64,000 nucleotides of DNA from Octopus vulgaris (GCA_951406725.2 OX597814.1:185628001-185692000), one strand, 5' to 3'. Shown: positions 27,788 to 41,647, counted from the stretch's first letter. A program made the numbers and translations. Notes: generated by a model not told the origin, from the sequence alone.

Positions 27788-28347
27788 TACGAGGGTGAGT
27801 CAAAAAGTAATGCCATTTTGTTTAGGACAGGTATAATTACCAACACAGGAACATATATGATACATCAAAATGAAGCTGGTCCTCTGTGGATCACATCCAT
27901 ACTTCTGAACATAGTCACCGTTTCTCTCAATAGCAGTGTCCCCCCTTCAAATGAGAGCATGTATCCCTGCCCTGTAAAATTCTCTTGACTGTTCCTTGAG
28001 CCACTTCTTCCCTACCTCCACACTCACCAGATTTATCGCTTTCAGACTACCATCTCTTCAGCGCCACGAAAGAGGATTTGAGAAGCAAACATTATTCCAG
28101 TGATGTGGAAGTGAAAACTGTAATGAAGCAGTGGCTCAAAGAACAGTCAACAGAATTTTTTGAGGCAGGGATACATGCTTTCATTCAAAGATGGAACATT
28201 GCTATTGAGAGAAATGGTAACTATGTTGAGAAGTAGGGATGTGATCCACAGAGGACCAGCTTCATTTTGATGTATGATACATGTTCCTGTGCTGGTAATT
28301 ATAAATGTCCTAAACAAAACGGCATTACTTTTTGACTCACCTTTGTA
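27788..28347. mobile_element. mariner-derived non-autonomous element made of two inverted 3' ends
   Basis: TA-flanked TIR cgagggtgagtcaaaaagtaatgcc; ~220 bp inverted arms. The plus strand encodes the mariner C-terminus PPHSPDLSLSDYHLF...WLKEQSTEFFEAGIHAFIQRWNIAIERNGNYVEK*. Confidence 0.9.
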
Positions 28348-28349
28348 TG

Positions 28350-28778
28350 TCTTCTCATACATATAGGTGCATGTCTAGACATCCTTATATATACTTAAAT
28401 AATAAACTTCTGGAAAGTTTTACAGATTTTTACAGTTCCAGTGATGGCTTGGATCTGTAATCTTTGAATCAGCTTTCTCCTTTCTGGTTTTGAGAAGCTG
28501 AATTTCTCAAGATTGGTATTTAGGCAGTGTGGTACATATCCCAGGGCCCCAATAATTACTGGTATAAACCTGAAATTGTGACCTGGATAGAGTAACTGCA
28601 GATTTCTCAATAGTTCAGCGTAGGTATTCTCTTTTTCACTGATCTTCAGCTTTATTTTAACATCTGCTGAGCAGCTAATTTCCACAACTGTGCACAGTTT
28701 CTCTTCTATATCCAAAATCATTATATCAGGTCTATTGTGTTTACATTTTATTGAGGTTTTCACTGGAACATTCCATCA
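28350..28778 (-). mobile_element. Second R4-like non-LTR retrotransposon, 5'-truncated (REL domain plus short 3' UTR), in (CATA)n
   Basis: ORF 28395-28763: KHNRPDIMILD...VVEISC...EKENTYAEL...FIPVIIGALG...LQIQAITGTVKICKTF. Flanked by (TATG)n. Confidence 0.85.
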
Positions 28779-29379
28779 TGTGTGTATGTATGTATGTATG
28801 TATGTATGTATGTATGTATGTATGTATGTATGTATGTATGTATGTATGTATGTATGTACGTATGTATGTGTTTGTGTGTGTGTATGTATGAGTGTGTATG
28901 TGTGTGTGTGTAGATGTTTCTATGTATAGAAATGTGTGTGTCTGTGTTTATCCTGCCTCTTCCACGATCGCTTGACAAGTGTTGGTTTATTTACATAACT
29001 GTAACACAGTGGTTTGGTAAAAGCAAATGATAGAATAAGCACCTGACCGACAATTCAAAACTGGGGTTGGTCTGTTCAACTAAACGTTTCAAGGTAGTGC
29101 CCCAGCATGGGCTCCGTCCAGTGACTGAAGCGACTAAAATGTAAATGAGAAAAAATTCCTTCAGTCATGGACCCTCATGCCGGTGGCACGTAAAAGCACC
29201 CACGACACTCTTGGAGTGGTTGGCATTAGGAAGGGCATCCGGTTGTAGAAACTCTGCCAGATCAAGATTGGAGCCTGGTGCAGCCATCTGGTTCACTAGT
29301 CCTCAGTCAAATCGTCCAACCCATGCTAGCATGGAAAGCGGATGTTAAACAATGATGATGATGAGATATAGATATAGAT

Positions 29380-29615
29380 AAGGCGTTGAGCTAGTAGAAA
29401 CGTTAGCATGCCGGGCGAAATGCTGAGCAGTATTTCGTCTGCCGCTATGTTCTGAGTTCAAATTCCGCCAAGGTCAACTTTGCCTTTCATCCTTTCGGGG
29501 TCGATAAATTAAGTACCAAATATGCGCTGGGGTCGATATAATCGACTTAATCTGTTTGTCTGTCCTTGTTTGTCCTCTCTGTGTTTAGCCCCTTGTGGGT
29601 AGTAAAGAAATAGGT
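29380..29615 (+). mobile_element. SINE family B, full length
   Basis: Same head, central domain and tail as 12331-12565. Confidence 0.9.
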
Positions 29616-29631
29616 ATAGATATATGTATAT

Positions 29632-30023
29632 ACTCTTTACTCTTTTACTCTTTTACTTGTTTCAGTCATTTGACTGCAGCCATACTGGAGCACTGCCTTT
29701 TAGTCGAGCAAATCGAGCCCAGTACTTATTTTATCGGTCTCTTTTGCCGAACCGCTAAGTGACGGGGACATAAACACACCAGCATCAGTTGTCAAGCAAT
29801 GCTAGGGGGACAAACACAGACACACAAACACATACACACACACATATATATATACATATATACGACAGGCTTATTTCAGTTTCCGTCTACCAAATCCACT
29901 CACAAGGCATTGGTCGGCCCGGGGCTATAGCAGAAGACACTTGCCCATGATGCCACGCAGTGGGACTGAACCTGGAACCATGTGATTGGTTAGCAAGCTA
30001 CTTACCACACAGCCACTCCTGCG

Positions 30024-30026
<3 letters not shown>
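29632..30026 (-). mobile_element. SINE family A, full length, young-looking
   Basis: Head aggcgcaggagtggctgtgtggtaag; many CpGs retained; tandem AAAAGAGT tail. Confidence 0.92.
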
Positions 30027-30084
<58 letters not shown>

Positions 30085-30152
30085 CTATACATATATATAT
30101 ATATACATATATATACATATATATACATATCTATACATATATATATATATAC

Positions 30153-30203
<51 letters not shown>

Positions 30204-30422
30204 ATATTTACTGTAAAAGCATCACTATACAAGTGTTAGATTAAACATTTATTGCCATACTTGTTGCCTATTCGGTCAAATAGTTATGTCAAGTATGGAG
30301 TGAGCACTCTTGTAAAAAAAAGAACTGAAAAAGTGAGTCACGAGTGGTTAATAACTTCCCTTTATAAATACCATCAAATAACTTGGAAATATACAGAGAT
30401 AAAAGAAAAAACAAAAAGCAGA

Positions 30423-30471
<49 letters not shown>

Positions 30472-31363
30472 AAAGAAGAAAATAACAGGTTAGAAGAAAA
30501 TAGATCTGAAGAGGATATAATAGTATTGTTGTTAGTGTTTCTGTTGCTTTTCTTTCTGAAAGACTACCAAACGAATAACGTTTTGTTTTCTCAGTTGAAA
30601 TTTGTTTGAACAACATTTGGAAGAGCGTATAAAGTAATTCTTATGGTTTCCATGTGCAAATACTTAAAACCGACTGTGTGTCTGTCTGTAGCTGTGTGAT
30701 TTACCTTGTACAAGAGGCCATCTAGTATATCTCATTACCAGATATTTTATTGGCACAAACTGTGGCCTTGCTGCACCCCTCTTATATCACATAGATATTA
30801 ACAGAACAAATACTAACAACAAATATCTCTGTGTTACCCAATAAAGAAGCAGTTTGTTTACTTATTAGACAACATGTTCTGAGTCTAAACCAACAACTTA
30901 TCTTCTAACGAAGCAATTTATTTATGCGGCAAGACAGCAAGATAAAACAATATCTTCTCTTACAACCACCTGAAATATAATCAGTGAATTGTTTATAAAA
31001 TCATTCATAGCATATTTGTTATATGACAGCATTTTTATTTCCTTCCATCTCTTCTCGCTAGAAACCATTTCACAGAGTTGAACAAGTAAAGGTTGAATCG
31101 AGGTCATTTTGTTAGAAAGGTGATAGTCAGCTGAAGTAAATCATGCAGCTGATGTGAAGGTTTTGAGTTCAAATGTAGTCATGGCTAATTTAGCCTTTTC
31201 AACTATTCAAGATGGATCAAATATTATATAACAAACACTTGCAGACTGGTTGGTGGGGATTACAGTGGCTAAATTTATGCTATGTATGTAAGCATTATGC
31301 TTCTGTAAGCATTTCATTTATTATTCTGCCACCCTAGAATTAAATCTTTCTCTAAACATTATG

Positions 31364-31792
31364 GGATCTTTTTGGTTTGAACAGCAGTTTTTAACATAAT
31401 TTCTAGGTAACTAAAAAATGTTAAACTTCGTATACTGGTAGAATGTGTTTATAAAACATCTTTTTCTCTTGGCTTCATTGAGAAAATTCTATAGTTTGTA
31501 AGATATTTGTTGTTTTTTTCTACAATTTCTGCAATTTCAACCAATCAATGACGTCTATTGAGGTAAAAAAAAAAACATTCTGTGCCGTATGAATATGTTC
31601 CTCATTTAAGAAACAGATTGGGTTTATTTACATTTCTGAAGAAAAAAGATACCCTTCCCCCCACCCCACCCCTAACCCTAACTAACCCTAACCCTAAAAC
31701 AGATGCAATAGATCGATACTAGGGTCATAATTATGGGTGACAATTTCATATGACACCGCTAGAAAAAACTGCCATTCAAACCGAAAAGATCC
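31364..31792. mobile_element. Non-autonomous DNA transposon (Merlin-like) carrying (CCCTAA)n
   Basis: Perfect 8-bp TSD acattatg; ~28-bp TIRs ggatcttttYggtttgaa..gcagttttt beginning with GG; telomere-type repeats at ~31670-31697. Confidence 0.8.
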
Positions 31793-31814
31793 ACATTATG
31801 TAATGTCACAATGA

Positions 31815-32760
31815 TTCTTTCTAATTTTGACACAAGGCCAGCAATTTTGAGAGCAAGCAGCAAGTCGATTACATCAACTCCGTACTTATTTTATCGATCC
31901 TGAAAGAATCAAAGGCTAAGTGAACCTAAGTGGAATTTGAACTCAAATCATAAAAACTGGAAGAATTACCACTATTCATTTTGTTTGATGTTCTAACAAT
32001 TCTGCAAGCTTGTCATATTATGCAGTGCAACAATAATCCTTTCTACTATAGACACAAGACCTGAAATTTTGGTAGGAGGGGATAAGTCGATTACATCAAC
32101 CCCAGTGCATAACTGGTAATATTTCAGTGACCTCAAAAGGATGAAAGGCAAAGTTGACCTTGGTGGAATTCAAACTCAGAATGCGCAGACAGACAAAATG
32201 TTATTAAGCATTTTGTCCAGCGTGCTAACAATTCTTATTTCTTTATTGCCCAGAAGGGGCTAAACATAGAGGGGACAAACAAGGACAGACAAAGGGATTA
32301 AGTCGATTACATCCACCCCAGTGCATAACTGGTACTTATTTAATCGACCCCGAAAGGATGAAAGGCAAAGTCAACCTCGGTGGAATTTGAACTAGGAACA
32401 TAGCAGCAGATGAAATACCTATTTCTTTACTACCCACAAGGGGCTAAACACAGAGAGGACAAACAAGGACAGACAAATGGATTAAGACAATTATATCGAC
32501 CCCAGGGCATAACTGGTACTTATTTAATCGACCCCGAAAGGATGAAAGGCAAAGTCGACCTCAGCAGAATTTGAACTCAGAGCGTAGTGGCAGACGAAAT
32601 ACCAGTATGCATTTCACCTGGCGTGCTAATGATTCTGCCAGCTCACTGCCTTAAAAAGTTGGCCATGGCTTGATTTGAACTCAGGACGCAGCATCAAGTG
32701 AAATACTGCTAAGCATTTCCTCCAGCATGCTAACAATTCTGCCAGCTCACCACCTCATGC
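31815..32760 (-). mobile_element. Head-to-tail/nested cluster of 4-5 family B SINE copies
   Basis: Variants of aggatgaaaggcaaagtcgacctcggcggaatttgaactc at ~31905, 32138, 32355 and 32539. Confidence 0.85.
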
Positions 32761-34375
32761 AGTGCAACTTCTACAGTGCAACAATAAGACAAACAACAGG
32801 TGTAAAGTCTGTTATTGTGTTTGATGCAGACAGGTTTTCTATTCAGAGGATGTGGTGACCTTCTAGAATTAAAAAAAAATAAGTAGTTAAAAAATGAAAT
32901 TTGTGTTATAAAAACGAAGAGTAAATTAAGATAAATTAACTTTCAAACTATAATTATTTTTATATAAGAGAATAACCGAGAAGAATTTGTAGAGATGCCT
33001 GCTGCACAAAACATCAATAGAAAAGGAGCAGGTATAACTGTGTGTAAAAAGTTTGCTTCTGTGTAGCACCTTGGGTAAGTGCCAACTACTTTCTAACCCC
33101 AGGTTGAGCAAAGCCCTGTGAGAGGATTTGGTAGATGGAATCTGAAATAAGGTCATCAAATATATGTGTGTGTATATGTATGTGAGCATATCTTTGTGTC
33201 AGTGTCTGTACACCCACCACTTGTCGACTTGTGTTGGTTTGTTTATGTCCCTATAACTTTGTGGTTCAGCAAAAGAGCTCTATAGAATAAGTACTAGATT
33301 TCAAAAAATAAAATAATAATAATAAGTACTGGAGTTGATTAGTTTGATGAAAACCCTTCACAGTGGTGCTCCAGTATGGCTGAAGACCAATGACTGAAAC
33401 AAGTAAGAGATAAAAGATAAAAGCAAAATACGTATTTAGATTGTAATTATATTTACATAACTCTTTCATTGATGAGAAAACATCATCTTCATTATCTTAA
33501 TAAATAACTCTGGTCAAGAAATCAGGGGAGACAACCCTGGAGATTCAATTAATCCAAATTAATTGAATGTATAGAATGCACCGTAAAATAAGTTTAGTTA
33601 CTTGCTATTTGGTTATCGTAGTGCTGGATTTGGTACTGTGCCAAAACTATAAATATTCAATAATTTTGCATGGAATAAGAACATGGAGAGACATGGAAGT
33701 TTCAAAAATTTTCAGCTGATTGCATCTTTTGGGCAGGCATTAAAATTTCCTTGTAATCTAAAGCATCACAAACTAATACAATAAAACTGTTATTCACACT
33801 CACATATTTTATCTGATCAACACAAGACGACTTGGTAGCAATACCAGTGAATGCTGAAATGGCTTCACTGCAGCTAAGATGTAAAGTAGAAGATGGATTT
33901 GAGATACAGTTTTGAAATCTTTAATTCTTTGCTGTTATCTTCTGTTTCTGATTGATAAAATAGCTAACTGTATTGTAGAACATCATGTATTATAGTGCAT
34001 GCTACTTGCTCTGGGCTAATCTCCATTCTTTACATTTGAATGGAGGTCAGGACAAAAATAAATTTGCATATTTAGGGAGCTCATCAATAAATATAGGCAC
34101 CAAGGAAGCATCTAATAGATCACCTGGTGGAAATAACAGCCAAAACCTCCCTTACATTACTCCTTACAATCTTGTAAAAGGAGATACACACTGAATTAAG
34201 TAGTCCAAGCTAGACAATGCCCATAAGAAAGACTGGATGGTTATAGCTACAATGGCTTTGATCATATGTCTTCTAAGTCAGATTTTGTTCTGTGACTAAA
34301 GGAAAATATGGGAAATCAGACCTGGCTGGTTTGAACATAAAACAGATAGAATATTTGGGCCTCTGATGGTCTGTT

Positions 34376-34685
34376 TGTGGAGGCACATGGCCTAGTGGTT
34401 AGAGCAGTGGACTCACTGTCGATGGATCGTAGGTTCGAATCTCAGACCGGGCAATATGTGTGTTTATGAGCGAAACACCTAAGCTCCACGCGGCTCTGGC
34501 AGAAGGTAATGGTGAACTTCTGCTGACTCTTTCGTCACAACTTTCTCTCACTCTTTTCTCCTGCATCTTGCAGCTCACCTGTGACAGACCGGTGTCCCAT
34601 CCAGGTGGGGAACCTATACGCCAAGGAAACCGAGAAACCGGCCCTAATGAACCAGGGATGGCTTGACAAGGAACAAACAAAACAA
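34376..34685 (+). mobile_element. SINE family D, full length, inserted in a MITE family 2 remnant
   Basis: A box tggcctagtgg, B box ggttcgaatctc, (AAAC)n tail, TSD atggtctgttt / atggcctgttt. Confidence 0.88.
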
Positions 34686-34834
34686 TGGCCTGTTTAAACA
34701 CTAAAATGTTAAGGTGCAAGTTGAAAGAGATTTGGCTGCTATTTCTAGCTGGCCTAGCAACTTTATTGAAGTGCATTAGGTGGTGATCTTTGTTACAATG
34801 CTGGTATTAGTTTCTTTGTTGCTGCTGCTGCTGC

Positions 34835-34869
<35 letters not shown>

Positions 34870-34951
34870 TTGTTGCTATTGCTGTTGTTTAGCTCATGAC
34901 CAACCTGGCTTTACCAGAGACATTCCAGCAGTGAAAAACCTGTCTTTTTGT

Positions 34952-34982
<31 letters not shown>

Positions 34983-35199
34983 CGTTTTTCTTCTTTTCTT
35001 CTTTTACTTCTTTCAGTCATTTGACTGTGGTCATGCTGGAGCACCGCTTTTGGTTAAACAAATTGACCCTAGGACTTCTTTCTTGAGCTTAGTACTTATT
35101 CTATCTGTCTCTTATGCAAAACATATACACATACGTATGTGGGTGCATTACAAACGTGTGTATAAGTATACATATACAGTTACACACATACACACACCC

Positions 35200-35236
<37 letters not shown>

Positions 35237-35502
35237 TTATATACATATTATAAAGACACATACATATTCATGTACATGTATATGTACACACATTCAGACA
35301 TATAAGTGCATGTAGACACACCCACAGGAATGTATGTCAATATATAGACACGTGTGTGTATGTATACATGTTCAGGTACACATATATATACACACACTCA
35401 CACACACAATATACATATATGTATATATATATAAAAAGTAAAAAGTAAAAGAGTCAAAGGGAAGAGTAAGTATGGTTAAGCAGTTTTTTAATCGCTACAA
35501 TG

Positions 35503-35534
<32 letters not shown>

Positions 35535-36649
35535 CTCTTTTACTCTTTTATTTGTTTCAGTCATTACACTGTGGCCAAGCTGGACCACCACCTTTAGGCG
35601 AATAAATCGATCCCAGGACTTATTCTTTGTAAGTCTAGTACTTATTCTATTGGTCTCTTTTGCTGAACCGCTAAGTTACGGGGACATAACACACCAGCAT
35701 TGGTTGTCAAGCGATGTTGGGGAGGCAAACACAGACACACAAACATATACACATACACACACACACACACATATATATATATATTTATATACGACAGGCT
35801 TCTTTCAGTTTCTGTCTACCAAATCAACTCACAAGGCTTTGGTTGGCTTGAGGCTATAGTAGAAGACACTTGCCCAAGGTGCCATGCAGTGGGACTGAAC
35901 CTGGAACCATGTGGTTGGAAAGCTAGGTACTTACCACACAGCCACTCCTACATGTATATATATATATACACCCACACACATGTATGTTTGGTTAACAGTG
36001 TTTCTACCAAATCAAACAACACAGAGAAAGTTCCCACATACTCTTGGAAACACGCTGATAGCGAATACGAATTTCCGTTTTCTACAATCATTTTGACGCC
36101 ACCATAATTTTTACTTTTTATTTTATCTCACTTCTGTTATTTCTTTGTTAGTCTTCAAGACCAAACTGGACCAGATCACACTAACCCTCAAATAATATTT
36201 CCAAAATTAAATTATTCAGTAATATTCTTCATTAAATCAACAACAACAATAACACAAGAATGGGTTTTCTGTCCCTTAAACTCCCTCCGTCTTGATAAGA
36301 GTGTTAAAAATAAATAAGGAATCACAGTTCTGCTTAAATATTCTCCACAAAAGAGTCTGTTGTTTACCAAATCAAGCCAAGAAAATGTAGCAGAGATAAA
36401 TAGAAACAGGACAGAGTTCTTTGGAAGGGTTATCTAAGACCAACTATTTTAAGGAGTGCAAAGAGATATGGCTTAGATTGCAATTTTTGTGTTGTTCTTG
36501 TTTCATGTTACTGATGAAGATAATGCTGTTGTTGTTGTTGTTGACATTTTTTGAAAATATATTTCTTTTTGCTTTTTTTTTTTCCATATTTTCGGAAAGA
36601 GCAGTCTCGTCATGATGGCTGAAACTGATAGAATACTTTATGAATGACA

Positions 36650-36691
36650 AGCATCATTGTAATGGTGGTGATGATGATGATGATGATGATA

Positions 36692-36726
<35 letters not shown>

Positions 36727-36775
36727 GATGGTGGTGGTGGTGGTGGTGATGATGATGATGATGATGATGTTGATA

Positions 36776-36849
<74 letters not shown>

Positions 36850-36887
36850 GATGGTGGTGGTGGTGGTGATGATGATGATGATGATGT

Positions 36888-36927
<40 letters not shown>

Positions 36928-37171
36928 AGTGGTGGTGGTGGTGGCGATGGTGCGATGATCATGATGATCGTGATGATCTTGATGATCGTGATGATGACAA
37001 TGATGATGATGACAACAACAACAGCAACATCTTTGACAAGGAAGAGGAGGATGGTAATAAGGATCTTGATAACAGTAATGATGACAATTGTAATTATAAT
37101 GATGATGATGATGAGGATGATAATGACGACGACGACGATGATGACGATGATGATGATGGTGGTGGTGGTGG

Positions 37172-37209
<38 letters not shown>

Positions 37210-37310
37210 GATGATGATGATGATGATGATGATGACGATGATGATGATGACGATGATGATGATGACGATGATGATGACGATGATGACGACAACGATGATG
37301 ATGACATTAT
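36650..37310. repeat. (GAT)n/(GGT)n compound microsatellite
   Basis: Direct reading. Confidence 0.95.
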
Positions 37311-37467
37311 TGCCAATGGAAACGATAATGCTGTAAATGATTACAATGCAAAGGACATGAGAAATCAGAGTGAGCAGAACAATTTAAACAGAACTGCTGT
37401 TCCCACCACCACCACCACCACCCTTGCCACTGTGCATTTGATGGATATTTGTCCTCATCATGTTGTT

Positions 37468-37513
37468 AACACAACATTTTAGCTGATATACCTTCCAGCC
37501 TTCTTCAGGTGTT
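37468..37513 (-). ncRNA. Decayed type I hammerhead in a headless copy (37434-37575) of the hammerhead-SINE family
   Basis: aacac-CTGAAGA-a-ggctg(gaaggtatat)cagct-AAAA-tg-TT-gtgtt; homologous to 53020-53065. Confidence 0.6.
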
Positions 37514-37579
37514 TTAGGTAAATTTTTCGAACCTGGATTCTCATTCCTAAGGTATTTTTCAATGCTATTATTATTATCC

Positions 37580-37667
<88 letters not shown>

Positions 37668-37688
37668 CATTATTATTATTATTATTAT

Positions 37689-37785
37689 TGAGTGAGAGAG
37701 CAGTGCATTCCATAAAAGCGACACTGGGGTAAAATGTACGAAGCCCAGTATACCCTTCATGGCTACCCGTCTGATAAGGGTACAC
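37689..37785 (-). mobile_element. 3' end of the R4/Dong-like family running into (AAT)n
   Basis: Reverse complement matches 4366-4460 (gtgtaccctta.cagac...ccagtgtc.cttt.atgg.atgcactgctctctca). Confidence 0.8.
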
Positions 37786-40221
37786 TAATTTTAGGACATA
37801 AAACCCCCCATAACAGGGTTTGTATACCCTATTATTAGACTATTTTCTTTGTCAATATACAGTGAAGACTTATAAGTTTATTTACATAATTTCACTTGCC
37901 ACTGTTTCCTAATTCATATGCAATTTGAACAGAATCTTTTTTTTTTGCAGGAGGAAGATATGTTCTTGTTCAACACCAAACAGGTTTTGCTTCAGCCACA
38001 GACCTAATGGCACTGACCAAGGTCTTTTCTGTATTATATTGGCCTTTTGGCTATGGTCCAAGTGTAAAATATCAGTTTAACCCTTTGGTAATTCTACACC
38101 AGCCTGAGCAAGCCCTGGTTCTGTGATACAAAGTTTATGACTTAAAATGGTTGAAATTAAAATGATGAATTGTCATGAGCACAATGAACATGGCAAATTA
38201 TTATTGGTTTGCAGATTGCAGCATGCAATAGCAAATAGTTTATTTGCTGAACAAGAGCCCCAATGTCTGGTTAGATTCATTAATCTGGAGTTTCTTTGGC
38301 TGACAAGACACAATGATGTTGAAATACCGAGTAACCCAAAGTTCTCTTAAGCTAATAAACTGAGTGTGTTATGAATGGACATATCTGAAAGGAGAAGAGG
38401 TTCTCCAGTGATGAAACACAATAGTAATTATCATACTGAGATTCATATCTACAGGAATGTATCAAAACTAAATATGCAAGTCATTGCTAAATTAAGATGC
38501 TCCATTAAAATTTCCTTTTAATTGTTCTAAACACTCACTTCATTATCATCATTTAATGTTTAAGTTGGATCGTTTGTCAGGAGCTGGAAAGCCTGGAGAT
38601 TGTACCCAGCTCTACTGTTTGCTTTGGCATAGTTTTTACAGTCCAATGACTTTCCTAATGCCAACCACTTTATAGGGTGGGCTGGGCGCATTTCATGTGG
38701 CACTGGTACCAGCAAGGTCTGCTTTGATATGGTTTTACAGTTCCTTGCCCTTCCTAATGCCAACCCCTTTACAGAGTAGACTGGGTAGTTTTTATGTGGC
38801 ACCAGCATTGGTAAGGTATGCTTTGATATGGTTTTTTACAGTTCGATGTCCTTCCTAATGCCAACCATTTTACAGAGTGGACTAGATACTTTGTATGTGG
38901 CACTAGCACCAGTGAGGTCTACTTTGGTATGGTTTTACAGCACGATGCCCTTCCTAACTCCAACCACTTTACAAAGTGCACTGGCACCTGACAAAATTAT
39001 ATTACTAAAATTCTTAATTATTTTCAAAGCTAATTGAAATAAAGGAAGTGCATTTCCCTAGAAATAGGGTAACAAAAGGGCTACATCTGATATGATCCCT
39101 ATATGGGACTATAGATATCAACACACTTTCTTATTTTGGCACATGACCAGCAACTTTGAGGTAGGAAAGTCGATTACAATGACCCCAGTGCTCAACTGGC
39201 ACTTTTTATTAACTGCAAAATATAAAGGGCAAATTCAGCTTCAGCAGAGTTTGAACTCAGAACATAAAGCCAGATACCACTAAGCATTTTGTCCAGCATG
39301 CTATCAATTCTGCCAGCTTGCTATCTTGCTATCAATGTCGATATTAGATCTGATGTTTAAAACTAGATGAAGAGTAAGCAGTTAGCTGTGGCTTTACAAT
39401 GGAATGGAACGGCCTGGTTTGGCAGTACTTCTTGGATTCACCCAGTCTCCAAAGTGAAAAATGAACAAAGGAGCTTTGATCTGCTAGAAATTGCAAACAG
39501 GTCTCCATTAAATCACATCCTAACAGGTTGATGAATGAAGGATACTTGTTTTGAATGATGTGGTCCTAGTAACACTGAAAGACATGATGGTCATGGCTAG
39601 AATGTCAGTGATCAGAGCTGATATATGGTAAGTAAAAAGAAGATAACATCAGTTTATAATCCCTGTTGTTAATATCATTATCGTCTCAACCATCCACATC
39701 ATCGTCACTACCATCTCCACCACTGTCATCGTCGTCACTACCATCTCCACCACTGTCGTCATCGTCATCGTCGTCATTATCATCATCATCATTACATCGT
39801 CATTACTAACATGACCACCACCATCACCACCACTGATACTGTTGCTATCACCACTTACCACCTTCACTACTACTGCCACCACCACCACCACGACCATCAT
39901 CATCATCAACAATATCATCATCATCATCATCACTGTCAAGAACAACAACTTTTTGACTTGCTCCATTTACTTCCTTATCTTTGACCTCCTCCTTCTCTTC
40001 ATTTTATTGACCATCATTGTAATCATTGCTCTTATCATCACCATCATCATCATCATCATCAAAAGTAGTATCAAAAACAACGACTCTTCAGTTCAGTTAT
40101 CCCGATCATAATCATCATTCTCCTTCTTCCTCTCTCCCCTCCATCACCTATTCCTCCCCTCGTCCTTGCATTGTCTTCATCATCATCATTGCAATCATCA
40201 TAATCATCACAATCATCATCG

Positions 40222-40257
<36 letters not shown>

Positions 40258-40912
40258 ACATCATCATCATCATCATCACTGTCGTCAACATCATCATCAT
40301 CATCATCATCATTATCCTCATCATTGTCATCATCATCATCGTCATTCTTTTCCTCCTCCTCCTCATTATCATCATCCTTATCATCATCATTGCTATCATC
40401 ATCATTGTTGTCGTCATCATTGTCGTCATCATCATCATCATCATCATCATCGCCGTCATCATCATCATCATCATCATCATCATCGTCATCATCATCATCA
40501 TCATCGTCATCATCATCGCTATCGTTATCGCTATCACCTTTGTCATTGTGACCATGCTATTGCCATTGTTCCCTTGTTGATATGCATGATAGATAAATAG
40601 GTAGCAGTTCTGAAAGGAATGGTGTTTGTTACTGCTAGTCATTGCTGTTGTTGTTGTTGTTGTTGTGGTCATTCATCAGTGACAACAGAGATAGCATCGA
40701 TCACCATATTAGAAAGATAATGGAGAGAGAGTGTGAGGGAGAGAGAAAGAGAGAGAAAGGGAAGACAGAGGGGGGGGGAGAAAGAAATTTCAGTGACTCA
40801 GCATAATATAAATATCTCAGATGTTGACATTCTGTAGACAATCGTTAGCATGTAACACACACATACATGCCTAATCACACACATACACACATGTATGCAC
40901 ACACACATGTAT

Positions 40913-40957
<45 letters not shown>

Positions 40958-41590
40958 TAAACACATCATATGTGTGGACACTCACACAATCTGGACAAAG
41001 ACACGCGCTTATACCCAAACACATACAGACAGACAATACATTTAGATAGACTTAGACATACATATAAATTGACATACAGATAGAGTCACACAAACATGCA
41101 TAGGCAGAAATGTACAAAGACAGATACACACACACACACGTGCACACATATAGATAGTTCATTTGTTTGTTTTACGTCCGTTTTCCATGTTAGCATGTGT
41201 TAGATGAATACTTGTTATTGAGGCATTGTTTTACAGCCAGATACTCTTCCTAACACTAACCCTTGCCTTCTTTTTCAAGTAAAGAATTTCTTATTTCACA
41301 TGGCTTTGAAAGTGCAAAGAGAATGTGTTGTGAGTTTACTGGTGTGAGGATGAGGTGAACCAGAAGGAAAGGGTCAGTGACATCAATGGCTGAGGGGCCC
41401 TACTTTAAGAGGAAGATTGAGTGAGGAAGTGGGTGGAAGTAAGACTAGCATGGGCCACTTTGGCCTCGAGCAGCAGGAATGGACAGACACATGTAGATGC
41501 ATGAACAATTCTATATGCTACGCTGGATACATTGAGTGTTCATCTGGTATGTTGAGTTTTGTTCATTTTTTATATCTCTTGAATTATGCT

Positions 41591-41647
41591 TGCACTGAAG
41601 ATTAAAAAGTGCATTTGTGCACTAATTATGAAATCATAGGATATGCA
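41591..41647 (+). ncRNA. Type I hammerhead ribozyme motif, intact core (U.U at 10.1-11.1)
   Basis: tgca-CTGAAGA-ttaaaaagtgca(tttg)tgcactaattat-GAAA-tc(atag)ga-TA-tgca; all three stems pair. Confidence 0.7.

Noticed and set aside
31670-31697. True telomere or chromosome fusion site
   Set aside because: Only about four hexamers, lying inside a TIR/TSD-bounded element.
33700-33925. ~70-codon stop-to-stop minus-strand frame with an internal gtgagt donor-like site
   Set aside because: No recognisable protein; this length can arise by chance.
34376-34450. tRNA-like sequences with A/B boxes (many positions)
   Set aside because: They are SINE heads continuing into shared SINE bodies, with no complete acceptor stem or terminator, so they are not tRNA genes.
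36640-37482. Long ORFs of poly-D/M/I/H/S or alternating CV/HT/YI (also 9909-11764, 40026-40672, 45369-46287 and many others)
   Set aside because: They are translations of di- and tri-nucleotide microsatellites, open in several frames and on both strands, with no domain content.
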